A DNA stretch of 64,000 nt from Thermoleophilia bacterium (lineage in GTDB: Bacteria; Actinomycetota; Thermoleophilia; Gaiellales; JAICJC01). The position numbers and the translations under genes were made by a program. Positions 7,930 to 16,641 of the stretch are shown in pieces (positions within the stretch are counted from its first letter, which is position 1; every line of letters begins with the position of its first letter). The notes under the pieces are model-generated. The model saw only the letters and a list, made by a program, of their open reading frames with translations. It made no database searches and was not told the DNA's origin. The stretch is taken from positions 935 through 64,934 of the forward strand of contig JAICJC010000003.1 of NCBI GenBank assembly GCA_025928655.1. The letters are read 5' to 3'.

Positions 7930-9303
7930 CTACACCGAAGCGGGCTTCGGCAGCGGCTCGATTGCGCGCAGCGCGCGCTCGATCTCGGCCTCGGGCAGCT
8001 CGTGATCCTCGAGCCGGCCGTGCAGGAACGCGTCGTACGCGGACATGTCGAAGTGGCCGTGGCCGGACAGGTTGAAGAGGATCACCTGCTCCGTCCCGGC
8101 CTCGTCCGCACGACGGGCGGCGTCGACGACGCCCTTGATCGCGTGGGCGGTCTCCGGGGCGGGCACGATCCCCTCCGAGCGGGCGAAGGTGACCGCCGCG
8201 TCGAACACGTCGTTCTGGCGGTAGGCCTCGGCCCGCAGCAGGTTGTCGAGCAGGAGCTGCGAGACGATCGGCGCCGCGCCGTGGTAGCGCAGCCCGCCGG
8301 CGTGGATGCCCGGCGGGATGAAGTCGTGTCCGAGCGTGTGCATGGGCACGAGCGGCGTCAGCTGGGCGGTGTCGCCGAAGTCGTAGGCGAACGGCCCGCG
8401 GGTGAGCGTCGGGCAGGCGGCCGGCTCACACGCGATCACCTCGATGTCCGCGCCCGCGATCTTGTCGCGGATGAACGGGAGCGCCAGGCCGGCGAAATTC
8501 GAGCCGCCGCCGACGCAGCCGATGACGACGTCCACCCCGCTCTCGCCGGCGAGGTCGAGCTGGCGGTGCGCCTCCTGCCCGATCACCGTCTGGTGCAGGA
8601 GCACGTGGTTGAGCACGGAGCCGAGCGCGTAGCTCGTATCGTCGTGCGTGGCCGCGTCCTCGACCGCCTCCGAGATGGCGATGCCGAGGCTGCCGGGGGA
8701 GTCGGGATCGCGCTCGAGCATGGCCCGGCCCGCGTTCGTGTCCGGCGACGGGCTCGGCACGACCGCCGCGCCCCACGTCTCCATCATCATGCGCCGGTAC
8801 GGCTTCTGGTCGTACGAGACCCGCACCATGTACACCTTGCACTCGAGGCCGAAGAACCCGCACGCGAGCGCCATCGAGCTGCCCCACTGGCCGGCGCCGG
8901 TCTCGGTCGCGATCCGGCGACGCCCGGCCCGGGCGTTGTAGTACGCCTGGGCGACTGCGGTGTTCGGCTTGTGCGACCCCGCCGGCGAGACGCCCTCGTA
9001 CTTGTAGTAGATCCGCGACGCCGTCCCCAGCGCGCGCTCGAGCCGGTGGGCGCGGTAGAGCGGCGTCGGCCGCCACAGCCGCAGGACGTCGAGCACCTCC
9101 TCCGGGATCGGGATCTCGGGGTCGGCCGAGACCTCCTGCATGATCAGGTCGAGCGGAAACAGGGGAGCGAGGTCGTCCGGGCCGATGGGCTGGCCCGTGC
9201 CGGGGTGCAGCGGCGGCTGCGGCGGGGAGGGCGCGTCGGCGAGGATGTTGTACCAGGAGCGCGGCATGTCGCGCTCGTGCAGCAGGATCTTGGTGTCGGC
9301 CAT
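7930..9303 (-). CDS. trpB2: TrpB2-type tryptophan synthase beta-like PLP enzyme (stand-alone)
   Basis: ATG 9303 (residue 22 of the track ORF). Long TrpB2-style N-terminus (RSWYNILAD). PLP-lysine region [23 protein letters not shown] and [11 protein letters not shown]. No trpA is adjacent. Confidence 0.85.
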   Translation of the reverse strand: MADTKILLHERDMPRSWYNILADAPSPPQPPLHPGTGQPIGPDDLAPLFPLDLIMQEVSADPEIPIPEEVLDVLRLWRPTPLYRAHRLERALGTASRIYYKYEGVSPAGSHKPNTAVAQAYYNARAGRRRIATETGAGQWGSSMALACGFFGLECKVYMVRVSYDQKPYRRMMMETWGAAVVPSPSPDTNAGRAMLERDPDSPGSLGIAISEAVEDAATHDDTSYALGSVLNHVLLHQTVIGQEAHRQLDLAGESGVDVVIGCVGGGSNFAGLALPFIRDKIAGADIEVIACEPAACPTLTRGPFAYDFGDTAQLTPLVPMHTLGHDFIPPGIHAGGLRYHGAAPIVSQLLLDNLLRAEAYRQNDVFDAAVTFARSEGIVPAPETAHAIKGVVDAARRADEAGTEQVILFNLSGHGHFDMSAYDAFLHGRLEDHELPEAEIERALRAIEPLPKPASV

Positions 9304-9387
9304 GGCGGGCTCCTGCGGTGGCGGTGAGGGGCGCCGCCTCGCGGCGCTCGCCCGATTCTGCCGCAACCGCGCCCCGCGTGCGGCGGG

Positions 9388-10704
9388 CTACCCCGCCAAC
9401 TGCTTCAGGTAGCGCTTGTGCGCGTACATCCCCTGGTCGGCGTGGTCGACGAGCGCGTCTGCCGACTCGGCGTCCAGCGGCGACATGGCCGTGCCCACGG
9501 CGACGCCGACCCGCGCGGACGCGGGGCCGACCGAGAACGACGGGGCGAAGACCTTCACGATCCGCTGCTTCATCAGGTCGACCACCCGCTCGGCGGCCAC
9601 CGCCGGCAGCGACGGCAGCAGGATGACGAACTCGTCGCCGCCGACCCGGAAAACGGGGTCGGTCGTCCGCACGACGCTCACCAGGCGCTGGGCGGCCAGC
9701 TGCAGGAGCGCATCGCCGGCGGCATGGCCGTGGGTGTCGTTCACGGCCTTGAAGCCGTTCAGGTCGCAGTAGAGCAGACCGAGGACCTGGCCCGGCATGC
9801 GCGCCTCGAGCTGCTCGCCGACGCGGCGGAAGAAGGCGGCGCGGTTCGGCAGCCCGGTCAGGTGGTCGTGGCTCGCGTCGTGCAGCGCCCGCTGCTCCCG
9901 CCGGCGCATGTCGGTGATGTCGGTGAGGACGACCACGCGCGCGAACGGCCCGTAGAAGCGCGCGCCGCGGCTCTGGGCCGAATACCAGCGCCGGGCGCCG
10001 CTGCGGTGGATACCCTCGACCTCGAACTCGCCCCCGGCCTCCTGGGCCAGGCGCCTGGCGGCGGCGGCGATCGACTCCGGCGCGATGTACTCCTCGGGGC
10101 GCAAGCCGACGGCCTCCTCCCGCGCCCAGCCGAACTGCTCGCAGAACGCCTGGTTGACCTCGGCGATCACCCCGCCGGTGTGGACGATCACGGAGTCGCG
10201 GGATGCCTCGGACAGGAGCCGGAAGCGCTGCTCGGACTCGCGCGCCTCCTCCTCGGCCCGCTTCATCGCGGTGACGTCCGTCTCGACGCCGCGCACCCGC
10301 CGCCGGCCCGCCTGGTCGGTGGTGAGCCGGGCGACGCTCGAGAGCCAGACGACCGCGCCGTCCGCGCCGAGGGCGCGGTACATGACGCGGGCGACGCCGC
10401 GGGCGAGCACCTCCGCCTCCGACGCCAGGAAGGTGTCCCTGTCGTCGGGGTGAACGATCCGCGTGGCCCAGAAGCCGGGCACGGCGACCATGTCCGCCGG
10501 CTCGTACCCGAGCAGGTCGGCGACCCGGTCGTTCACGAACTCCATCGCGAACGTCTCGGCATCGGCCTCCCACACGATCGCGTCGATGTCGCTCAGGAGG
10601 TCGAACAGGAAGCCGCCGACGTCGCCCGTGAACGAGATCGGCACGGCGGCCCGCCGGGGCGGGCGCTGCTCTCGGGCATGGTCGGCGGGATCGGTCAGGT
10701 CCAT
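9388..10704 (-). CDS. PAS-PAS-GGDEF diguanylate cyclase
   Basis: In-frame ATG at 10704. The rest of track ORF 9388..12003 is a shadow frame over the propeller gene. Two PAS-like segments precede an intact RVGGDEF motif, with RTTD (RxxD I-site) five residues upstream. Confidence 0.85.
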   Translation of the reverse strand: MDLTDPADHAREQRPPRRAAVPISFTGDVGGFLFDLLSDIDAIVWEADAETFAMEFVNDRVADLLGYEPADMVAVPGFWATRIVHPDDRDTFLASEAEVLARGVARVMYRALGADGAVVWLSSVARLTTDQAGRRRVRGVETDVTAMKRAEEEARESEQRFRLLSEASRDSVIVHTGGVIAEVNQAFCEQFGWAREEAVGLRPEEYIAPESIAAAARRLAQEAGGEFEVEGIHRSGARRWYSAQSRGARFYGPFARVVVLTDITDMRRREQRALHDASHDHLTGLPNRAAFFRRVGEQLEARMPGQVLGLLYCDLNGFKAVNDTHGHAAGDALLQLAAQRLVSVVRTTDPVFRVGGDEFVILLPSLPAVAAERVVDLMKQRIVKVFAPSFSVGPASARVGVAVGTAMSPLDAESADALVDHADQGMYAHKRYLKQLAG

Positions 10705-10783
10705 GGGGAAGGGCACGCGTGATCCGTCGCCGGGTAATCGTCCCGCGCCGCCGCCGCTTGACCGCGGGCGGCCCGGAAACCGA

Positions 10784-10810
10784 TCGGGGCCCCGATAATC
10801 GGGGCCCCGA
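10784..10810 (-). terminator. hairpin from two copies of the 12-nt palindrome TCGGGGCCCCGA separated by TAA
   Basis: The sequence is tcggggccccga-taa-tcggggccccga. It begins 26 nt downstream of the propeller stop (10836) and lies upstream of the GGDEF gene. Confidence 0.5.
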
Positions 10811-10835
10811 AGCGTTCCGCGCCGTGACCCTGGTC

Positions 10836-11990
10836 TCAGGGTGTGAACTGCGCGTAGCCCTGCTGCTTGCGCTGCCCGATGCTCGTGAAGTCGCCGCCTG
10901 CGAGCACGTCCCCGCTGGGGCCGACGCCCCGGAGGGCGAAGACCCCGAGGGCGCTGTTCGCGCTCGGATCCCAGCCCGTCAGGTTCCCGGTGCCCTCGTC
11001 CACCGAGAGCAGCTTGTCGCGGGGGACCTGGGTCGTGCACGTGTGCTGCCCGTGCTGCGGCCCGCAATACACATGGAAGTGGCCGCCGACGTAGACCTCG
11101 CCGCCGACGACGGCGATCGCCTGGACGTTGCCGTTCGTGCCCCCGAGCCACTTCTGCGCGCCCGTCTTCGGGTCGAACGCGGCGAAGTTGCCGCCGCCGC
11201 CCGCGCCGGCCACGTAGACGCCGTTCGCGTCGGACGCGAGCCCGATGACGTTGTACGTCGTGTGATCCTTCCACGGCAGGCTCTTGCCGGTGTCGCCGTC
11301 GAGCGCGCCGATGTGGTTCGCGGAGGCGCCGTTGATGCTGGTGAACGACCCGCCGATGACCATGCGCGGGTAGCCGAGCAGGCGGATCGACCGGACCTCG
11401 CCGTTGACCGACGGCGACCAGGGCAGGAGCGCGCCCGTCGTCGAACTCACGACGGCCATGTTCGCGCGCGTCTGCCCGTCGACGGTGCCGAAGCCGCCGC
11501 CGAGGAAGAGCGAGCCGGCGCTCGAGGCGAGGCCGAACACCTCGCCGCTCGCGGATGCCTTGAACCCGGTGAGCGGAGCTCCCGTGGTGGCGTTCACCGC
11601 GGCGATGCGCAGGTGGCTCGCGCCGCCGACCTGGGTGAAGACGCCGCCCAGGTACACGGTGGACTTGACGACCTGGATCGCACGCACCGTGTTGTTCACG
11701 TTCGGGTTCCACGGCAGCAGGGCGCCCGTCGTCAGGTTCACGGCGGCCGCGTGGTTGCGCGTGACCTCCCCCGAGCCGGCGGCTGCGCCCGCGGGCCGCA
11801 GCGCGGTGAACTGCCCGCCCACGTACGCGGTGTGCCCGGACACGACGATCACGTTCACCCGGCCGTTCGTCTGCCACGTCGGCACCGGGTGCGCCTGCAC
11901 CGGGACCGCCTCCGCGGCACCTGCCGTTCCCAGCCCCAGCACGGCCACGAGCGCAGCCGCAGACCCTCTTGCACTCCATCGACCCAGCAT
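10836..11990 (-). CDS. secreted beta-propeller repeat protein
   Basis: ATG 11990 is preceded by GGGGGAGAG. Signal peptide ..AAALVAVLGLGTAGAAEA. At least seven repeats follow the pattern V(Y/F)xGGxFT..G....A....TG....W.P. Confidence 0.7.
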   Translation of the reverse strand: MLGRWSARGSAAALVAVLGLGTAGAAEAVPVQAHPVPTWQTNGRVNVIVVSGHTAYVGGQFTALRPAGAAAGSGEVTRNHAAAVNLTTGALLPWNPNVNNTVRAIQVVKSTVYLGGVFTQVGGASHLRIAAVNATTGAPLTGFKASASGEVFGLASSAGSLFLGGGFGTVDGQTRANMAVVSSTTGALLPWSPSVNGEVRSIRLLGYPRMVIGGSFTSINGASANHIGALDGDTGKSLPWKDHTTYNVIGLASDANGVYVAGAGGGGNFAAFDPKTGAQKWLGGTNGNVQAIAVVGGEVYVGGHFHVYCGPQHGQHTCTTQVPRDKLLSVDEGTGNLTGWDPSANSALGVFALRGVGPSGDVLAGGDFTSIGQRKQQGYAQFTP

Positions 11991-12024
11991 TGCTCTCCCC
12001 CAAAGGTTCGTAATGACCGGGACC

Positions 12025-12052
12025 AACATACGAGCGGAACCGGTCAAGTCAA
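12025..12052 (-). promoter_or_regulatory. sigma-70-like promoter candidate for the 10836..11990 propeller gene
   Basis: The minus strand reads TTGACT, a 16-nt spacer, then TATGTT. The -10 element ends about 35 nt upstream of ATG 11990, in a locally AT-richer spacer. Confidence 0.4.
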
Positions 12053-12088
12053 CCCCTGCGTCCTACAGGAGAGCCAACCCAGCTCGCA

Positions 12089-12946
12089 TCAAATGTGAGG
12101 ATCTACCAGCCGGGCCCGGCCGGACTCGCCCGCGAACGTCGAGTAGAAGGCCTCCGCCCGCCGGCGGAGGTGCGCGTGCGCCGGCGCAGCATAGGCGGCC
12201 CGGAGGGCATCCTTGCGCCCCTCCTTGTACGCCGACGGGCGGGGCGTCCGGTGCTCCGGTAGCGCCGCGCCCGCGGCGGCGGGATCGGCGGCAGCGCGGC
12301 GCTCGAGCTCGGCGTGGGTGACGAGCCCGGACAGGAAGTCCTGGATCGCCGGCGCCCACGGGGGCTTGCGCGACCGCATCTCGATCAGGTCGAAGCACCG
12401 CCGCGTCCGCTCCGGTGTCGGCTCGAAGAGGTGAAACGCGGTGCCGAAGCGCGCGTTCACGCGCGCGATCGCGAGGTCGAGGTGCTCGGTCACCTCGGCG
12501 AAGTCGGAGACGACCATCGCATCCATGTATCCGAGCAGGCGCCGGTGGAAGCGGGCGTAGGCGCGCAGCCCCTGCGGGATCGTCACGTACGGCTCGCGCA
12601 CGACCAGCGAGAGCACCGTGTCCTCGGGCGGGCGCAGGGTCAGCAGGACCGGCACGCCGAGCTGCGCCGCCCGGATGACCTGCCCGGGCGCGTGCAGGTG
12701 GTGGCCGACCCGCACCGGCCGCGGCTGGGCGAGCTGGAAGGCCACCACGGCGAAGGTCGACGCCGAGCGGGTGAACCCGTCGATCACGAGCTCCGTCGCC
12801 TCCGAGACGACCGCCTCGCCGTGGCGGCGGCGCGCGATCGGCAGGTAGCCGGGATGCTCGGCCAGGCGGCTGCGCACCGTCCAGCGGACGTGGCGGACGC
12901 CGAGGCCGGCGCGCTCGCGGAGAGCTCGGCGCCCGGCCGGCGTCAC
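12089..12946 (-). CDS. hypothetical protein, possible sulfotransferase fold
   Basis: The ORF overlaps the upstream histidine-phosphatase gene by 4 nt. DGFTRSASTF resembles a 5'-PSB loop. LRPPEDTVLS fits the RxPxDxxxS 3'-PB pattern. The functional call is weak. Confidence 0.55.
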   Translation of the reverse strand: MTPAGRRALRERAGLGVRHVRWTVRSRLAEHPGYLPIARRRHGEAVVSEATELVIDGFTRSASTFAVVAFQLAQPRPVRVGHHLHAPGQVIRAAQLGVPVLLTLRPPEDTVLSLVVREPYVTIPQGLRAYARFHRRLLGYMDAMVVSDFAEVTEHLDLAIARVNARFGTAFHLFEPTPERTRRCFDLIEMRSRKPPWAPAIQDFLSGLVTHAELERRAAADPAAAGAALPEHRTPRPSAYKEGRKDALRAAYAAPAHAHLRRRAEAFYSTFAGESGRARLVDPHI

Positions 12947-13638
12947 ACAGCGCGTTCGGTCAGCGCGACCTGCACCCTCGCGGCCTTGACGGGATCCGAC
13001 TTGCTGCGGTCGACGTCGGAGACCAGGGTGATCTCGCCGTCCTCGACCTCGAAGACGATCGCCTTGCCAGTTGGCATCGCGAACTGCCAGTCGGCGCTGG
13101 ACGCACCGGCCACGCGGAGCACCGCGAGGCGCAGCATGACGCCGTGCGAGACGGCCGCGACGCTCTCCCCGGCATGGTCGCGCCCGATCGCCCGCAGGGC
13201 CGCGACGACGCGGTCGGCGGCGTCGCGGACAGCCTCGCCCTCGGGGCAGACAGCCGCCTCGGGGTCATTCGTGTAGGCGGCCCAGGCGTCGGGGTCGACG
13301 GCGGCCGACTCCTCCTTCGTCAGGCCCTCCCACGCCCCGTAATCCAGGTTGATCAGGTCGGGCTGCGCGCGCACGCCGCCCACGCCGTTCTTGACCGCGA
13401 TCGCCTCTGCAACCTCACGGGCACGGCCAAGCGGGCTCGTATACACGGCGACGAGGCCGGAGCCGACCAGCGCGCGGGCGGCCTCCTGGGCCTCCGCGCG
13501 ACCGACCTCGTTCAGCGGGATGTCCAGGCGACCGCGGAAGCGCACCTGCGCGTTCATGATCGTCTGGCCGTGGCGAACGAGATAGATGCGGCATGCCTGC
13601 CGGCGCGCGGCCGGTGCCGGGGACGTTTCGTCGTGCAT
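12943..13638 (-). CDS. histidine phosphatase family protein (phosphoglycerate-mutase-like)
   Basis: ATG 13638 (residue 30 of the track ORF) with GAGGGAG upstream. RIYLVRHGQT catalytic motif and a later ..VSHG.. histidine. Confidence 0.8.
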   Translation of the reverse strand: MHDETSPAPAARRQACRIYLVRHGQTIMNAQVRFRGRLDIPLNEVGRAEAQEAARALVGSGLVAVYTSPLGRAREVAEAIAVKNGVGGVRAQPDLINLDYGAWEGLTKEESAAVDPDAWAAYTNDPEAAVCPEGEAVRDAADRVVAALRAIGRDHAGESVAAVSHGVMLRLAVLRVAGASSADWQFAMPTGKAIVFEVEDGEITLVSDVDRSKSDPVKAARVQVALTERAV

Positions 13639-13779
13639 TCGGTGCTCCCTCGTGGTCGTGCCCATTCCGTGCGGGGGCCTCCAACCTTCCGCACGTAACC
13701 AAACGTTCATCAAGTACACCCGCATCGACGGGCGTTGTCAAGCTGAAACACCCAGCTCCCCCTTTCGAGGGGCCACCCG

Positions 13780-15093
13780 TCACGGCCGCGCGCCCGCGGG
13801 GTCAGCCGCGGGCTCTTCCGGGGCGTCCGCGGCGGCACGCCGCTCCTCCTCCTCGGTGATCGCGGCGCCGAGCTGCTGCCACCACTGGATCCCGCCGATC
13901 CAGAGGCCCAGTGCGAGGCCGGTGGCCGCGCCCACGGCGCCGGACGTGGCCGCCCCGACGGTGCCCCCGGCGACCGCCAGCACGCCCGTGACGAGGCGCG
14001 AGCGCAGGCTGCGCTTCGCCGCCGCCATCGCGCGCAGGCCGACGGTCGCCGCGGTCAGCATGCCGGACGCCGCCATCACCGCCGTGTAGGCCGGGATGAC
14101 GTCGTGGGCCGGGTGCCACGAGCGCTTCAGGAGCGCCTCTCCGACCGAGTCCGGGAGCAGGTAGACGACGACCCCCCAGGCCACGAACACGACGACGAGC
14201 GCGACGGCGAGCAGCTCGACCGCGCGCTTCATCCGCCGCGGCGAGCGGCGGGCGATCCGCACCGACTCGGCGATCGCCGGCGACGTGACGCCCATGTTCA
14301 GGACGTTCAGCGGCCCGAGCACGACCTGCGCGCCCCGCAGCGCCCCGGCGGCCGCGAGCCCGGCGAAGGCGGCGGTCGCGTACATCGCGCCCGACTGGGC
14401 TGCGTTGCGGGCCACGAACTCGACCAGGTACCGGGGGCCCAGGTCGCGGTGGTGCGAGAGCCACCAACGCGTCCGGCCCGGGCGGGGCACGAACCCGGAC
14501 TGGACGATCCCGAAGAGGGCCGCGAAGGCCGCGGCGCCCGCCCACGCTGCGATGAACGCCGGCACGGAGCGGGTCCCGGCGACCAGGACGGCGGCCACCA
14601 GGACGACCTGTGCCAGCGCCCAGACGAGGTCGTTCCCGAACGCCGTCCGCCCGCGCAGGCGGCTGAAGAAGGCGGTGCGCCAGGTGTCCTGGACGATCAG
14701 GCCGGGCATCCCGATCCCGAGCACGAGCAGCGAGCCGCGCAGGGTGCCGCCGAACGCGAACGCGGCCGCGATGCACACGACTCCGGCCGCGGCGCCGAGC
14801 ACGAGCGCGACCCCCGTCGCCGCGGCGACGCCGGTGCGCCACTCCCGGACGGGCGTGGCGCTGTAGCGGACGGTCAGCGGCTCCTGGCACAGTGCCCGGG
14901 TCGCGCCGAGCGTGATCGTGTACGTCGTGAACGCGAGCCCGAACGCGCCCAGCGCGGAGGTGCTCACCGCCCGCGCGACGAGCACGGCGAGCGCGAAGTT
15001 CGTGAGGCTCGAGAGCGCCTGGTCGGCGAGCCCCCAGCCCAGCCGGCGGACACCGCCGCCGGCGCCCCCTCGGAAACCCGTGGCGGTGCTCAC
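13780..15093 (-). CDS. MOP/Wzx-type polysaccharide export (flippase-like) membrane protein
   Basis: The ORF spans 13780..15207 and the start is uncertain (GTG 15093 proposed). It has many TM helices. The N-terminus GLADQALSSLTNFALAVLVAR is typical of O-antigen/teichoic-acid exporter families. Confidence 0.6.
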   Translation of the reverse strand: MSTATGFRGGAGGGVRRLGWGLADQALSSLTNFALAVLVARAVSTSALGAFGLAFTTYTITLGATRALCQEPLTVRYSATPVREWRTGVAAATGVALVLGAAAGVVCIAAAFAFGGTLRGSLLVLGIGMPGLIVQDTWRTAFFSRLRGRTAFGNDLVWALAQVVLVAAVLVAGTRSVPAFIAAWAGAAAFAALFGIVQSGFVPRPGRTRWWLSHHRDLGPRYLVEFVARNAAQSGAMYATAAFAGLAAAGALRGAQVVLGPLNVLNMGVTSPAIAESVRIARRSPRRMKRAVELLAVALVVVFVAWGVVVYLLPDSVGEALLKRSWHPAHDVIPAYTAVMAASGMLTAATVGLRAMAAAKRSLRSRLVTGVLAVAGGTVGAATSGAVGAATGLALGLWIGGIQWWQQLGAAITEEEERRAAADAPEEPAADPAGARP

Positions 15094-15216
15094 GGACCGG
15101 ATCGTAACCCCGACCCCCGCCGCCGGAACCCTCCGCTCCTCGGCCGTCGTGCGTCGTCCCCGGTATGATCGGGGCATTCGCGGAGCGCCGGGAAGTCTGG
15201 TCGGCACCCACTTCCC

Positions 15217-16641
15217 ATGCCTCCTTCGCCGCCCTCTGCCGCCTCCGACCCGGGCTCACCGGACCGGGCCGTCCGACGCGCGCTCGCCTCGCGCCCGGTG
15301 CTGCTGCTGGCGTTCGCGTTCACCGTCATGGGCGATCCCGTGTCGTCGGTCGCCTACGCGGTCGAGGCCGCCCTGCGCGCCCTGCACGGCGACCTCGGCC
15401 TGCTGCTCCCGACGATGGCGATCGTGGTCGCCGTGATCGCGCTCGTCATCGGGAACTACCACCGCCTGGTCGGGCGGTTCCCCGGGGGCGGCGACGCCGC
15501 GGCCGCGGGGACGGCGTTCGGCGACGGCTGGGCGTTCCTGCCGCTCGGCTCGCTCATCGTGGACTACGCCCTGACGATCGCGATCTCGGTGGCCGCGGCC
15601 GCGTCGGCGATCGTCGCCTACCGGCCCGAGCTCCACACCGTGCGCATCCCGCTGGCGCTGCTGCTGCTCGTGGCCGTCGCCGGCCTCACGTGGTTCGGGC
15701 ATCACGGGCGCACCGTCTTCGCGCTGATGACGATCAGCTTCGTCGTGATCGGGTCGGTCGTGATCCTGACCGGGCTGCTCGATCCGTCCGGCTCCGGCGG
15801 AGCGCCACTGACCCCGCCGGGATTTCACCGCTCGCCACCGCTGGCGGTGCTGCTCGCCTTCCCGGTCGCGATGGCGCTCGCCACCGGTGTCGAGGCGCCG
15901 TCGTCGGCCGTGGCCCAGCTCGGTCAGCTCGACACCCGCTCTCAGGTTCAGTTCGGGCGGATCACGCTCTGGCTGACGCTCGCGGTCGTGGCCTGGCTCA
16001 CCCTCGGGTTGACCGGCGTCGCGGTGCGCCTGCGGGTCGGCATTCCGGCAGCCGACTCGACCCAGATCGCCGATCTGGCCCGCGCGGCCGTGGGCGGTGG
16101 AACGCTGTTTGCCGGGTTCCAGCTCTCGAGCGCCGTGCTGCTCCTCGCCGCGGCCAGCTCGTCCTTCCAGGCCGGCCCGGGGTTGCTGAAGGCCCTGTCG
16201 ACGGCGCCGGGAGGCGTCGGGATCCTCCCCGACCCGCTCGGGCACTCGAACCGTCACCACACGCCGTACTGGGGCGTGTGCGCCTTTCTGCTCGTCGCAG
16301 CGGTGATCGTCGTCGCGGCCCGGGCCTCGGAGCAGGAGCTCGTGCTGTTCTACGCCGTCGCCGTCTTCCTCGCGTTCCTGTTCGGGCTCCTGTCCATGCA
16401 CCGGTTCGCCCGGGCGGAACGCCAGTGGCGGTTCCGGGCCCTGACGCTGGTGGGCCTCGCAGCGGTGATCGTCACCCTGGCGGTGAACCTCGGCCGGCTG
16501 TACCCGATCGCGAGCCTCGCGGCGGCCACGGCGATCGCCGCCACGCTGCAACGCCTCTGGGTTCGCGCCGGCCGCCCGAGCGGCGCGGCGGACGCGGAGG
16601 CGCTGGCCGAGAGGGGCGCCACCGGACCGGGCCCGGTCTAG
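15217..16641 (+). CDS. APC-superfamily permease
   Basis: About 12 TM helices. GDPVSSVAYAVEAAL and SLIVDYALTIAISVAAAASA are typical of actinobacterial APC-family permeases. Confidence 0.7.
   Translation: MPPSPPSAASDPGSPDRAVRRALASRPVLLLAFAFTVMGDPVSSVAYAVEAALRALHGDLGLLLPTMAIVVAVIALVIGNYHRLVGRFPGGGDAAAAGTAFGDGWAFLPLGSLIVDYALTIAISVAAAASAIVAYRPELHTVRIPLALLLLVAVAGLTWFGHHGRTVFALMTISFVVIGSVVILTGLLDPSGSGGAPLTPPGFHRSPPLAVLLAFPVAMALATGVEAPSSAVAQLGQLDTRSQVQFGRITLWLTLAVVAWLTLGLTGVAVRLRVGIPAADSTQIADLARAAVGGGTLFAGFQLSSAVLLLAAASSSFQAGPGLLKALSTAPGGVGILPDPLGHSNRHHTPYWGVCAFLLVAAVIVVAARASEQELVLFYAVAVFLAFLFGLLSMHRFARAERQWRFRALTLVGLAAVIVTLAVNLGRLYPIASLAAATAIAATLQRLWVRAGRPSGAADAEALAERGATGPGPV

Noticed and set aside
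8426-10573. 715-aa minus-strand ORF overlapping trpB2 and the GGDEF gene
   Set aside because: It has no domain signature and an extreme Arg/Pro/Gly content, and it is out of frame with two genes that have strong family motifs.
10705-12003. Upstream 433 codons of the 871-aa ORF 9388..12003
   Set aside because: This is a shadow frame over the beta-propeller gene (10836..11990), which has a signal peptide, SD and regular repeats. The GGDEF protein starts at the in-frame ATG 10704.
13708-13741. TTGACA on the minus strand upstream of the histidine-phosphatase gene
   Set aside because: The best downstream hexamers (TGTACT/TACTTG) at 17-19 nt spacing are poor -10 elements. The evidence is not strong enough to annotate a promoter.
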